Positions 19,281-28,142 of a stretch of 64,000 nucleotides of DNA are shown in pieces. The position numbers and the translations under genes are program-made. The stretch is from contig JBAXAI010000016.1 of NCBI GenBank assembly GCA_037142615.1, positions 463 through 64,462 on the forward strand. Reading direction: 5' to 3'. Numbering within the stretch: position 1 is the first letter of the stretch; the number at the start of each line of letters is the position of its first letter. This DNA comes from Spirochaetales bacterium. Lineage in GTDB: Bacteria; Spirochaetota; Spirochaetia; JABEVK01. A model generated the notes under the pieces. The model was not told where the DNA came from. It searched no databases and worked only from the letters and a program-made list of their open reading frames with translations.

Positions 19281-20519
19281 TTACTCCTTGCCCCGTGCGC
19301 TGCTGAGGCGACGGCGGATTTCGGCGGTCAGCACCTGGCCCCGCAGTGGGCGCCGGGCAATCCCTTCGTCCACGGCGGCCTCGGCGACGGCCTTGGCCAC
19401 GGTGAAAGCCAGCTCCGGGTGAAACGGCGATGCAATGATGCTGTCGGAACCCTCGGGACCGGTTCCGGCAAGCGAGGCGATGGCCTTGGCGGCCGCGACC
19501 TTCATGCCGGCGCTGATGCGGGGAGCCCGGACGTCGAGCGCCCCCCGGAAGAGGCCAGGGAAAGCCAGCACGTTGTTGATCTGGTTGGGAAAATCCGAGC
19601 GCCCGGACGCGGCCACGGCAGCCCCGGCAGCGAGGGCGTCGGTCGGCAGGATTTCGGGTTCGGGGTTGGCCAACGCGAAAACTATGGCGCCCGGGGCCAT
19701 GGCCTTCACGTGCGCCGAGGTGAGCAGGCGGGCTGCACTGACACCGACAAACACGTCGGCTCCGGCGAGCGAGGCCAGCAGGTCACCGGGGCGACACTCG
19801 GGGTTGGTTCGGGTAGCGAGTTCGGCCATCGCGGGGGAAAGCCCGGCGTCGCCGCGCACCAGGGCCCCGGCCTTGTCGCACACGGTGACCTGGGTCAGCC
19901 CCGCCTCGAGCAACATGCCCGCAATGGCGGTTCCTGCGGCACCGGCACCGTTGATCACCACCCGCAGGCGGGCCCAGTCTTTGCCCACTTTTTTGGCGGC
20001 GCCCATCAACCCTGCGAGCACGACGATGGCGGTGCCGTGCTGGTCGTCATGGAACACGGGGATGTCGAGGGCGGCTTGAAGCGCCTTCTCGATTTCGAAA
20101 CAGCGTGGCGAGGCGATGTCCTCGAGGTTGACTCCGCCAAACGAAGGGGCCAGTGCTGTCACCGTAGCGATGATCTGGGCGCTGTCTTGCGTGCCAAGAA
20201 CCAGGGGCACCGCGTCGATGCCGGCAAACTCGCGGAACAGGAGGGCCTTGCCTTCCATCACCGGCAGGCCCGCCAACGGGCCGATGTTGCCAAGACCCAG
20301 GACAGCACTGCCATCGCTGATCACGGCAACCAGATTGCCACGGCCCGTGTACTCGTACACCGACTCGGGATCGGCGGCAATAGCCAAACAGGGCTCGGCG
20401 ACGCCGGGGGTGTACTGAAGCGCCAGATCCGAGGGATGGGTCAAGGGTTCTTTGGCAACAATGGACAGCTTGCCGGCCAAGCGTCGATGCAGGTTCAGGG
20501 CCGGCGTATTCAGGTTCAT
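19281..20519 (-). CDS. NAD(P)-dependent malic enzyme (short form)
   Basis: LALQYTPGVAEPC and the Rossmann motif VVINGAGAAGTAIA. 412 aa, as for stand-alone malic enzymes. Confidence 0.9.
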   Translation of the reverse strand: MNLNTPALNLHRRLAGKLSIVAKEPLTHPSDLALQYTPGVAEPCLAIAADPESVYEYTGRGNLVAVISDGSAVLGLGNIGPLAGLPVMEGKALLFREFAGIDAVPLVLGTQDSAQIIATVTALAPSFGGVNLEDIASPRCFEIEKALQAALDIPVFHDDQHGTAIVVLAGLMGAAKKVGKDWARLRVVINGAGAAGTAIAGMLLEAGLTQVTVCDKAGALVRGDAGLSPAMAELATRTNPECRPGDLLASLAGADVFVGVSAARLLTSAHVKAMAPGAIVFALANPEPEILPTDALAAGAAVAASGRSDFPNQINNVLAFPGLFRGALDVRAPRISAGMKVAAAKAIASLAGTGPEGSDSIIASPFHPELAFTVAKAVAEAAVDEGIARRPLRGQVLTAEIRRRLSSARGKE

Positions 20520-20543
20520 GAACTCAATTTAGGAAGGATCTTC

Positions 20544-21569
20544 CTATTGAGCAAGGCTTGTGCGGTTGCGGCCTGACTGTTTCGACGAATACAGCGCCTG
20601 ATCGACGCGTTCGATGAAGTCCAGCACCGTGACATCGCGGGCCGGGTCGAACTCGGCAACCCCCAAACTGATGGTGACCGGCACCTTCTGCCCGCGCGAG
20701 GCAAAGGTATGCCCCTCGACGCGGAGTCGGATTCGTTCAGCGGCGAGGCGGGCCTTTTCGAGCGGTTGACCGGGCAGCAGGACAATGAACTCCTCGCCGC
20801 CGTAACGGGCCGCCGTGTCGACAACCCGCACACTCTCCAGCACGAGCGACGCGACGCCCTTGAGGATTTCGTCACCGGTGAGGTGCCCCCAGGTGTCGTT
20901 GACGTTCTTGAAGTGGTCGATGTCCATCATCACCAACGAAAGCACCTGACCGGCAGGCGGTCGAACCCGAATCGTCTCTTGCAGCGTGTTGACGAAGAAA
21001 TGCTTGAGCTTGAGCTTCGTCATCATATCGGTGGTGGTCATTTCAAACAGGTAGGCGTTGTGAATGGCGATGGCTGCCAGCCCGGCGATGTTCATCAGAT
21101 AGTCGCGGTCGCGGGCATTGAAGGGCTCGCCGCCGATCTTTTCGCCCAACACCAGCAGGCCATTGATCGCGCCCTTGGCCTTGAGGGGCACCACGATGTG
21201 CGGATCGACGCTCAGCAGAACCTCCAGGTCGTGCGAGGCAGGCAGCACGGCCTGAAGGCTGGCGGGTTCGTGGCAGTGGGGATGCAGGTTGAGGAAACTG
21301 ACGAGGTCTCCGTGTTCAGCGATGTTGTACGTGCGGGCGTGGTCGATGTCAAAACCGAGAAAGTCGCGGTGGAGCGTGAAGTCGGTGGCGTCGATGGTGC
21401 GTTTGGAGAAGAAGGCGGCCTTGGCCACGGTCAGAGCTCCTAGGCAAGTGTAGAGGATGGAGTCGTTGAGCACGTGGTAGTCGAGGGTCGACGTCAGGCT
21501 TCTGCTGATTTCCAGCAGGTTCTTGAGGTCGAAGATCTCTTTTTCCAGGTCCTGCGTCGTCATCCCCAT
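20544..21569 (-). CDS. GAF-domain diguanylate cyclase (GGDEF)
   Basis: Trimmed to ATG-21569 (GAGGA upstream) so that it does not overlap purQ. Active-site RYGGEEF. The N-terminal part is GAF-like. Confidence 0.85.
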   Translation of the reverse strand: MGMTTQDLEKEIFDLKNLLEISRSLTSTLDYHVLNDSILYTCLGALTVAKAAFFSKRTIDATDFTLHRDFLGFDIDHARTYNIAEHGDLVSFLNLHPHCHEPASLQAVLPASHDLEVLLSVDPHIVVPLKAKGAINGLLVLGEKIGGEPFNARDRDYLMNIAGLAAIAIHNAYLFEMTTTDMMTKLKLKHFFVNTLQETIRVRPPAGQVLSLVMMDIDHFKNVNDTWGHLTGDEILKGVASLVLESVRVVDTAARYGGEEFIVLLPGQPLEKARLAAERIRLRVEGHTFASRGQKVPVTISLGVAEFDPARDVTVLDFIERVDQALYSSKQSGRNRTSLAQ

Positions 21570-21579
21570 GTTTCCTCGA

Positions 21580-22326
21580 TTACTTCCAATGATCGACGCC
21601 GTTGGCAAAGACCTTGAGGCCCAGTGTTCCCAGGTCAGCACGCCGCCGCCAGAGCGGGTGCTGTAGGCGGTGGGTAAAGGCTTCGGGGTGCGGCATCAGG
21701 CCGAAGATGTGGCCGGTGGCGTCGGTAAGGCCAGCGATGTCGTCGAGGGCCCCGTTGGGGTTGCCACCGTGGTACGTCAGGGCGATCAAGTTCTTTTCGT
21801 GCAGGGTTTTGCGGACTTGGTCATCGCGGACTTGAAACCGCCCTTCCCCATGCCTGATGGGCAGATCAAAGTCTCCCAGACCCCTGAGCCATGGGCTGGT
21901 GTTCGCCGGGTTGGCCCGCACCCGGATCCAGCGGTCCTGAAACACGCCGCCTTCGTTGCCGATGAGCGTGGTCTCGGGGGTCCAGTCACCCTTGAGGTTG
22001 GGGAGGATGCCCATTTTGACCAGAGTCTGGAAGCCGTTGCAGACCCCCAGCACCAGGCCGCCGCGTTCGGTGAAGCCGGTGAGCGAGTCCTGCAACGCGT
22101 TTTTGACCCACTGGGCGAGGACGCGGCCGGACCCCAGGTGGTCACCAAAACTGAACCCGCCGGGGAAGCCGAGAATCTGTAGCTGGTCGAGCCGGGAGGG
22201 CTCTTCGAGCAGGGTGCTGACGGGCAGCCAAACGACCCGGGCCCCGGCGAGCTCAAAGGCCTGCCCCAGTTCCTGGTCGGCGTTGATGCCGAAGCCGGTG
22301 AGGATACCGGCGGTGACGGTGCTCAT
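21580..22326 (-). CDS. purQ: phosphoribosylformylglycinamidine synthase, glutaminase subunit
   Basis: Class-I amidotransferase nucleophile LGVCNGFQ and GLMPHPE. The start overlaps the purL stop. Confidence 0.9.
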   Translation of the reverse strand: MSTVTAGILTGFGINADQELGQAFELAGARVVWLPVSTLLEEPSRLDQLQILGFPGGFSFGDHLGSGRVLAQWVKNALQDSLTGFTERGGLVLGVCNGFQTLVKMGILPNLKGDWTPETTLIGNEGGVFQDRWIRVRANPANTSPWLRGLGDFDLPIRHGEGRFQVRDDQVRKTLHEKNLIALTYHGGNPNGALDDIAGLTDATGHIFGLMPHPEAFTHRLQHPLWRRRADLGTLGLKVFANGVDHWK

Positions 22327-25286
22327 TGGAGCCTCCCGAGGGTGTTCCAGGCGTGGAGGAGCTCTTGCTGCGCGAGCCGGACAACGGTCTGCCCCTCGCG
22401 ATCCACGACGAGAGAGGCGTCGGCGGTCACCACGCCGATCTCGGCAGCGGGCAGGCCACGGAAGGCCTTGCGGAAGTCAGCGAGCTGCGTCGGGTTCACA
22501 CTGGCCAGAAAGCGCCCGGGGCTCTCGCTGAACAGGCCCACCGCGGGAGGAGCGCTGCGGAGCCCGGGCAGCTCGTCGAGCGTCACGTGCGCGCCGAGGC
22601 GACCCCCGAGCGAACTTTCGGCCAAAGCCACACCCAAACCGCCGTCGGCCAGGTCGTGCACGCTGGCGAGCAGGCCACTTTGCAGGGCGCTGGCCAAGGC
22701 CCGGTACAGCTTGAGCGAAGCCTCGGGATGCACGGTCGGCGTTCCAGCGAGCCTCAGGGCTGAGTCGTCGGACCTCAGCACCTTTTCGAGGGTGGAACCG
22801 GCCAGTTCGGCCCGGGTGTCGCCCAACAGGACGATGACGTCGCCAGCGGCCAAAAAGTCGGTGGTCATGGCCTTGTTGACGTCGACGATGATGCCCATGA
22901 GGCTGATCAGCAAGGTGGGCCGGATGCTCACCTTTTTGCCGTTCATGTTGGCGTCGTTCTTCATCGAGTCTTTGCCCGAAATGAGGGGCAAACCATAGAA
23001 CAAGCAAGCGTCGCGGAGGCCCTGGCAGGTTTTCACCAATTGCGCCAGCTTGTACTCGCCGTCGGGCGTCGTCGCGCTTTGAACCGGGTCGGGCCAGCAG
23101 AAGTTGTCGAGCACGCTGGCGTTGTCGGGGTCGCCGCCGAGGGCGATGTGCGCGCGGTAGGCTTCATCGACGGCATTCCACGCCATCTGGTAGGGATCGG
23201 TGTCGCCGTAGCGGGGATTCACGCCGTGGGTGACGGTGAGGCCGCGGTTGCTTCCCGGCTTGAGCTTGAGCACGGCGCCCTCGGTGGGGCCGTCCATCTT
23301 CTCGCCGCAGAAGGGTTTGACCACAGAACGGGCTTGCACCTCGTGGTCGTATTGCCGCACCAGGCTCTCCTTGCTGGCCACCGTCGGGTCCGCCAACAAG
23401 CGCAGGAGCGTGGACCCCAACGGAAGATCAGGCACTTCGCGGGGGGTGAACTTCGGCGGCACCCAAGTCGCCTTCAGGTTCATCGCGGGCAGGCCCTTGT
23501 GCAGGAACTCCATGCTGAGCGAACCGATGAGCTGACGGCCCCAGGTCAGGTCGACGCGGCCGGTGGCGGTGAACTCGCCGATCACCGTACCCTCCACGTC
23601 GCGCTTACGGGCCAGCGCCAAAAAGGCCTCGAGCGTGGAGCGGTCGACCGCGAGGCTCATGCGCTCCTGGCTCTCGCTGACGAGGATTTCCCACGGAGCG
23701 AGGCCCTGGTACTTCAGCGGGCACAGGTCCAGGTCGATGCGGACGCCGCCCGAGCTTTCGGCCATTTCGCCCAGGCTGGAACTGAGGCCACCGGCCCCAT
23801 TGTCGGTGATGCCTTTGTACAGGCCCAGGTCGCGGGCTTCGAGCAGAAAGTCGGTCATTTTGCGTTGGGTGATGGGGTCGCCGATCTGCACCGCGCTGGT
23901 GGGGCTGGTTTCGTCGAGCGCCAACGAGCTGAACGTGGCGCCGTGGATGCCATCTTTGCCCACGCGCCCGCCAAGCATAACGACCAAGTCGCCGGCGTCG
24001 ACGTGTTTAAGGTAACTCGCCTCGCCGTTCACGCTGGCAGGGAGGATGCCCCCGGTGCCGCAGAACACCAGCGGTTTGCCCTTGTAGCTTTCGTCGAACA
24101 GAAAGCCGCCGGCCACGGTGGGAATGCCCGAATGGTTACCGCCCTCGATGATGCCCTGATGCACGCCGCGCAGTACGGTTTTGGGGTGCAGCAGGCCGGT
24201 GGGAAGCTCGTCGGCCGGCGTGTTCGGGTCGCCGAAACACAGGTAGTTGGTGTTGAAAATAGGCTTGGCGCCCTTGCCGGTGCCCAGAATGTCGCGGTTC
24301 ACGCCCACGATGCCCGTGATGGCGCCGCCGAACGGGTCGAGCGCGCTGGGGCTGTTGTGGGTTTCGACCTTGAAACACACCAGCGTGTCGTCGTCGAATT
24401 GCACCACACCGGCGTTGTCGTGAAATACCGAGCGCAGGAAGGTCCGTTTGGGTTCGAGATCGCGCGTGGTCTGTTTGATGTAGGTGCTGTACAGCGAGCT
24501 TATGGCTTCTGTCTTGCCGGTGGTGGTGTCGGTGTAGGCGATGTTCGCCGCAAAGATCTTGTGCTTGCAATGCTCGCTCCACGTTTGGGCCAGCATTTCG
24601 AGTTCCAAGTCGACCGGCTCCGACGGGAGTTGCAGTTCGCGACGGGCAGCCTGCGTGGCCGGGTCGCGGTAGTGGTTGCGGATCGCCTCCATCTCGGGTT
24701 GGGTGAGCGCCAGCAGGCGGGTCTTCGAAAGCTGCACCAGCGCGTCTCCCTCGAGCTGGGTCATCGGGATTGTCACCACGGCCGACACTTCGCCGAGGTG
24801 AACCAAGGGATACAAAGCCGGCGGGCGTTTTCCCGAGTCCCAGTCGGCCCGGGTGAGGACAACGGCCTGTTGAATCAGCGGGTTGTGTAAGCTTGCCGCC
24901 AAGGCCTGGTTGGCGCCAAGCGATAAGTCGTCCCGGGAAAATAACCACTGGGTCGCGGTCTGGACAACGGCCGATTCTGGCAAGTGGTTACCGGGCAACC
25001 GTAGCGCATTGGCCAAGGCCTCGCGAGCCGTCAGCGCCATCGGGTTGGTCACACCGGCCTTGAAACTCACCTCGATCAACAGGTTCCAGTCGGCTTTCGG
25101 GGCGACGAGCGGGCCGCTGCCATCGGTGACAGCGCGCTGCACCACGGGGTCGGCAAACACGAGGCTGGCGAGCTCGGAGGTTAGTCCAAATACATTCTCG
25201 GTCAGGTACACGTCGAGGGTCTCGGCCCCGAGTTTGCGCCCCCGGCTATCCAGCCCTGGACGAAGATACGCCACTTCAATTCTCAT
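22323..25286 (-). CDS. purL: phosphoribosylformylglycinamidine synthase, synthetase subunit, long form (987 aa)
   Basis: AQTWSEHCKHKIF and duplicated AIR-synthase-like domains. It carries about 200 extra N-terminal residues compared with ~740-aa small PurL proteins. Confidence 0.9.
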   Translation of the reverse strand: MRIEVAYLRPGLDSRGRKLGAETLDVYLTENVFGLTSELASLVFADPVVQRAVTDGSGPLVAPKADWNLLIEVSFKAGVTNPMALTAREALANALRLPGNHLPESAVVQTATQWLFSRDDLSLGANQALAASLHNPLIQQAVVLTRADWDSGKRPPALYPLVHLGEVSAVVTIPMTQLEGDALVQLSKTRLLALTQPEMEAIRNHYRDPATQAARRELQLPSEPVDLELEMLAQTWSEHCKHKIFAANIAYTDTTTGKTEAISSLYSTYIKQTTRDLEPKRTFLRSVFHDNAGVVQFDDDTLVCFKVETHNSPSALDPFGGAITGIVGVNRDILGTGKGAKPIFNTNYLCFGDPNTPADELPTGLLHPKTVLRGVHQGIIEGGNHSGIPTVAGGFLFDESYKGKPLVFCGTGGILPASVNGEASYLKHVDAGDLVVMLGGRVGKDGIHGATFSSLALDETSPTSAVQIGDPITQRKMTDFLLEARDLGLYKGITDNGAGGLSSSLGEMAESSGGVRIDLDLCPLKYQGLAPWEILVSESQERMSLAVDRSTLEAFLALARKRDVEGTVIGEFTATGRVDLTWGRQLIGSLSMEFLHKGLPAMNLKATWVPPKFTPREVPDLPLGSTLLRLLADPTVASKESLVRQYDHEVQARSVVKPFCGEKMDGPTEGAVLKLKPGSNRGLTVTHGVNPRYGDTDPYQMAWNAVDEAYRAHIALGGDPDNASVLDNFCWPDPVQSATTPDGEYKLAQLVKTCQGLRDACLFYGLPLISGKDSMKNDANMNGKKVSIRPTLLISLMGIIVDVNKAMTTDFLAAGDVIVLLGDTRAELAGSTLEKVLRSDDSALRLAGTPTVHPEASLKLYRALASALQSGLLASVHDLADGGLGVALAESSLGGRLGAHVTLDELPGLRSAPPAVGLFSESPGRFLASVNPTQLADFRKAFRGLPAAEIGVVTADASLVVDREGQTVVRLAQQELLHAWNTLGRLQ

Positions 25287-25310
25287 GCGCGAGAGCTTAG
25301 CAGAGCCCGG

Positions 25311-25652
25311 CTATTCCTTCCACCACTGCTGAATGCTCCGGATCACTTTTTCCTCGGCAGGACTGGCAAAGCCGTGCTGAAGGGCGAGGTCCCACAAAAT
25401 GCGGGTAATAAGCTGTTTGGTTGGCTTGTGGAAGATGTTGTGGGCCAGATACTCAAAGTCGGTGTCGGACTTCACCGTGGCCTCAAAACGCTTCAGATGC
25501 TCTTCGTAGTCGTCGAACCCGAGCCCTTCGACCAAACGGTCCAGATCGTCGAGCTCCTGTTCGTCCACCGAGCCGTCGGCGAGAATCAGGACCTTGATGG
25601 CACCGGCGAGGAAGATTTTCTCTTGTTCGTTCAATTGCAGAACTTCACTCAT
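25311..25652 (-). CDS. small acidic protein, tentatively TerB-like
   Basis: 113 aa. LILADGSVDEQELDDLDRLV resembles the TerB-fold ADG-x-E-x-L pattern. This is a weak assignment. Confidence 0.45.
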   Translation of the reverse strand: MSEVLQLNEQEKIFLAGAIKVLILADGSVDEQELDDLDRLVEGLGFDDYEEHLKRFEATVKSDTDFEYLAHNIFHKPTKQLITRILWDLALQHGFASPAEEKVIRSIQQWWKE

Positions 25653-25655
25653 GAT

Positions 25656-26774
25656 TCACCCCTTACTCGTAGTTTGAAGGGTGGGGAGCAAGACTTCCAC
25701 TTTTTTCTGGATTTCGTTCAGCGAGTGTGGCTTGATGAAGTAGCCATCAGCCTGGTCGCGGAAGGCCTGCTTGACCTGCGGCAGATCACCATGGGCCGAG
25801 TTCATGTAGATAAGGCAGCGGTCGAGCCCGTGAATGTTCTGGGTCATTTCGAAAGCCCGGATTTCCCGCAAGGCTTCGTTGCCGCTCAGGCCCGGCATTT
25901 CGCTGTCGAGGATGACGACGGGGTAGGTCCAACCGTTGCGGTGGGCGTCGATGAACTCGGCAACCCCGGCCTTGCCGTCGGTCCGGAACACGGGTTCGCC
26001 GTAGTTGGCCAGCAGGTGGCCGAGCGCGTCGTTCTGAAGTTTGTCGTCGTCGACCACCAAAAACCGCACCGGCTTGCGCTGGGTCTCGCGGCGTCGTTCG
26101 GGCCCCGGCTCCTTGACGGTGATCAGCGGGTCAAAAAACAGCTGCTCGAGCTCGGCCGCCGTCTGGGGGGAATGAAACATGAACCGGACGACAATGTCGC
26201 CCTCCGACTTGGCATAGGTGTCGTAGTCGGGTGCAACGCTGATCAGGGCGCCGCTGGAGCGGATGTCGTCCAAAATCATCAGGTTGTCGAAGTCATTGCG
26301 GGTGAGGCCGGTACTGAAAAACTTCTCGATGCGGTACAAGCCCTCGCCGCGCGCCGCAGCCTGATCGCAAAGGGCCTTTTCCGCGTCGGTCAGCTTCATG
26401 CCCCACATGCGGCCGTTGCCGTCTTCCTCGCGCGCTACTTCTTTGACCTGTACGCCTTCGAGGGACTCGTCGCCCCCCTCATCGAGGCAGGTGCGCAGCA
26501 GGTCGACTGCGTCGAGAACCCGGTCGGCCCAAGCCCCCGACCAGCGCGACTTGCCGCGCCGGATGGAGTCCAAGCCGTCTTCGAGGCCATGCATGTACTT
26601 GGAAGCCCGGGCCAGACCTGACATGGCCAAACCGCTCTTGAGGTTGTGAGCCGACTGAAAGAGTTTGTGGATGGCCGTGACGGGATCGCCCGCACCGGGT
26701 CGATCGAGCGACAGCACGCCGCTCTCGAGAACTTCGAGCAATTCCTGAAGGTGGCTGAACTCCTCGGATGTCAT
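25656..26774 (-). CDS. Hpt domain - unknown middle domain - receiver (REC) hybrid signalling protein
   Basis: Hpt-like LFQSAHNLKSGLAMSG at the N-terminus. C-terminal REC: VRFLVVDDD...VVILDSEMPGLSG...YFIKP. The ATG overlaps the CheY-like gene stop. Confidence 0.7.
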   Translation of the reverse strand: MTSEEFSHLQELLEVLESGVLSLDRPGAGDPVTAIHKLFQSAHNLKSGLAMSGLARASKYMHGLEDGLDSIRRGKSRWSGAWADRVLDAVDLLRTCLDEGGDESLEGVQVKEVAREEDGNGRMWGMKLTDAEKALCDQAAARGEGLYRIEKFFSTGLTRNDFDNLMILDDIRSSGALISVAPDYDTYAKSEGDIVVRFMFHSPQTAAELEQLFFDPLITVKEPGPERRRETQRKPVRFLVVDDDKLQNDALGHLLANYGEPVFRTDGKAGVAEFIDAHRNGWTYPVVILDSEMPGLSGNEALREIRAFEMTQNIHGLDRCLIYMNSAHGDLPQVKQAFRDQADGYFIKPHSLNEIQKKVEVLLPTLQTTSKG

Positions 26775-27139
26775 TTCATCTTCTGGAAGAGCTCGGCCAT
26801 TTTGGCATCGTTGAAGGGCTTGACCATGTAATGAAAGGCCCCGAACGACGCCGCTTTGGCTTTCATGGCGGCGTCATCGAGGGTTGAGAGCACGACGAAG
26901 GGAACCTTGTCGTAGCCTGGCAGTTTTTTGGCGCTGCGCAGGAACTCGATCCCGTTCATGTTGGGCATTTCGATGTCGGTAAAAACGAGGTCGTAGGTCT
27001 TGAGTTTGCAAGCCGCCAGGGCTTTCAGGCCATCCTCGGCCGTTTCCACCTCGAAGCCGCGTGTTCCCAAATAGACCTTGACAAAACTTCGGTTGATAGC
27101 TTGGTCATCAGCAACCAGCGCCTTCTTTTTTTCGGCCAT
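26771..27139 (-). CDS. CheY-like single-domain response regulator
   Basis: ALVADDQ...DLVFTDIEMPNMNG...YMVKPF. AGGAGG before ATG-27139. Confidence 0.9.
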   Translation of the reverse strand: MAEKKKALVADDQAINRSFVKVYLGTRGFEVETAEDGLKALAACKLKTYDLVFTDIEMPNMNGIEFLRSAKKLPGYDKVPFVVLSTLDDAAMKAKAASFGAFHYMVKPFNDAKMAELFQKMK

Positions 27140-27271
27140 GGTGACCTCCTAATCCCACTGTAACCGATGGGAAGGGGTTTTTCCAATTCTAGAGTCAGAT
27201 TCCCCATCAAGGTTGCCCCGTTTTTCCTTTTCCTGATTATAATGAAGTCAAATACTTCCAAGGAGAGTCCG

Positions 27272-27886
27272 ATGCCATTTACCTTGCCCAAGCTTCCTTA
27301 CGCCTTTCACGATCTCGAGCCCGCCATCGACACACTGACGATGGAAATCCACTGGGCCAAGCACCATCAGGCCTACATCAACAACGCCAACGCGGCGCTG
27401 GAGAACACCGAATGGGCTTCGTGGGACGCCGAGAAGATCCTGAAGAACCTTTCGAGCCTGCCCGCCGACAAGCAGACAGTGCTTCGCAACAACGTGGGCG
27501 GCCACGTCAACCACAGCCATTTCTGGAAGACCCTCGCCATGCCCGGCAAGGGTGGCTACCCCCAGCACCACCTCGCCGCCGCCATCGACAAGCAACTCGG
27601 TGGTTTCGAAAAGTTCAAGACGGACTTCAGCAAGGCCGCACTGACCCGCTTCGGCTCCGGCTGGGGTTGGCTGGTGCTCAAGGCCGACAAGACGCTGGCT
27701 GTGGTCAGCACCCCCAACCAGGACAGCCCGGTGCTCGAAGGCGCCAAGGCCATCCTTGGCATCGACGTGTGGGAACACGCCTACTACCTGCACTACCAGA
27801 ACCGCCGCACCGACTACATCGACGCCTTCTTCACCGTCGTCAACTGGAATGTCGTGAACGAAATCTACGACGAAGCGATGAAGTGA
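27272..27886 (+). CDS. sodA: superoxide dismutase, Mn-type signature
   Basis: AAGGAG 6 nt before ATG-27272 (the ORF track starts upstream). LPYAFHDLEP, GGHVNHSHFW and DVWEHAYYLHYQNRR. Confidence 0.93.
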   Translation: MPFTLPKLPYAFHDLEPAIDTLTMEIHWAKHHQAYINNANAALENTEWASWDAEKILKNLSSLPADKQTVLRNNVGGHVNHSHFWKTLAMPGKGGYPQHHLAAAIDKQLGGFEKFKTDFSKAALTRFGSGWGWLVLKADKTLAVVSTPNQDSPVLEGAKAILGIDVWEHAYYLHYQNRRTDYIDAFFTVVNWNVVNEIYDEAMK

Positions 27887-27916
27887 CCGAACCCGCTGCC
27901 CAAGGGCAGTGGAGAG

Positions 27917-27945
27917 GCCGACCCCCGGCGGGTCGGCTTTTTTTT
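27917..27945 (+). terminator. rho-independent terminator after sodA
   Basis: GCCGACCC-ccggc-GGGTCGGC followed by T8. Confidence 0.8.
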
Positions 27946-27973
27946 ATGGAAGAAGCACGGCATGGAGCCCGTG

Positions 27974-27985
27974 GAAACCGGTTTC
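27974..27985. promoter_or_regulatory. LacI-type operator candidate, perfect palindrome GAAACCGGTTTC (distal site upstream of the ABC transporter)
   Basis: Exact 12-bp palindrome in the 256-nt leader upstream of the binding-protein gene. The same 12-mer recurs at 37596-37607. Confidence 0.5.
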
Positions 27986-28103
27986 GCTTGGTGCAACAGA
28001 ATTGTCGCTCAAGACAGCCGCTTTATCGGCATTTAACCTTGATATCAGCCAATATGAGGCAATTTCCGGAACGAATCCGACATCTTTCGCTTGCCAACTC
28101 AAG

Positions 28104-28115
28104 GAAACCGGTTTT
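28104..28115. promoter_or_regulatory. LacI-type operator candidate GAAACCGGTTTT (proximal site, 28 nt before the binding-protein start codon)
   Basis: 11/12 match to the palindrome. It lies inside TTGCCA-N17-TTTACT, a weak promoter-like arrangement. Confidence 0.5.
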
Positions 28116-28142
28116 TACTGGAACAAACCACAGGAGGTTTTC

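Noticed and set aside
25311-25652. The TerB-like protein as part of a tellurite-resistance (ter) or stress island.
   Set aside because: The similarity is weak (a single ADG...E..L-type stretch), and no terA/C/D/E/Z or associated genes are present.
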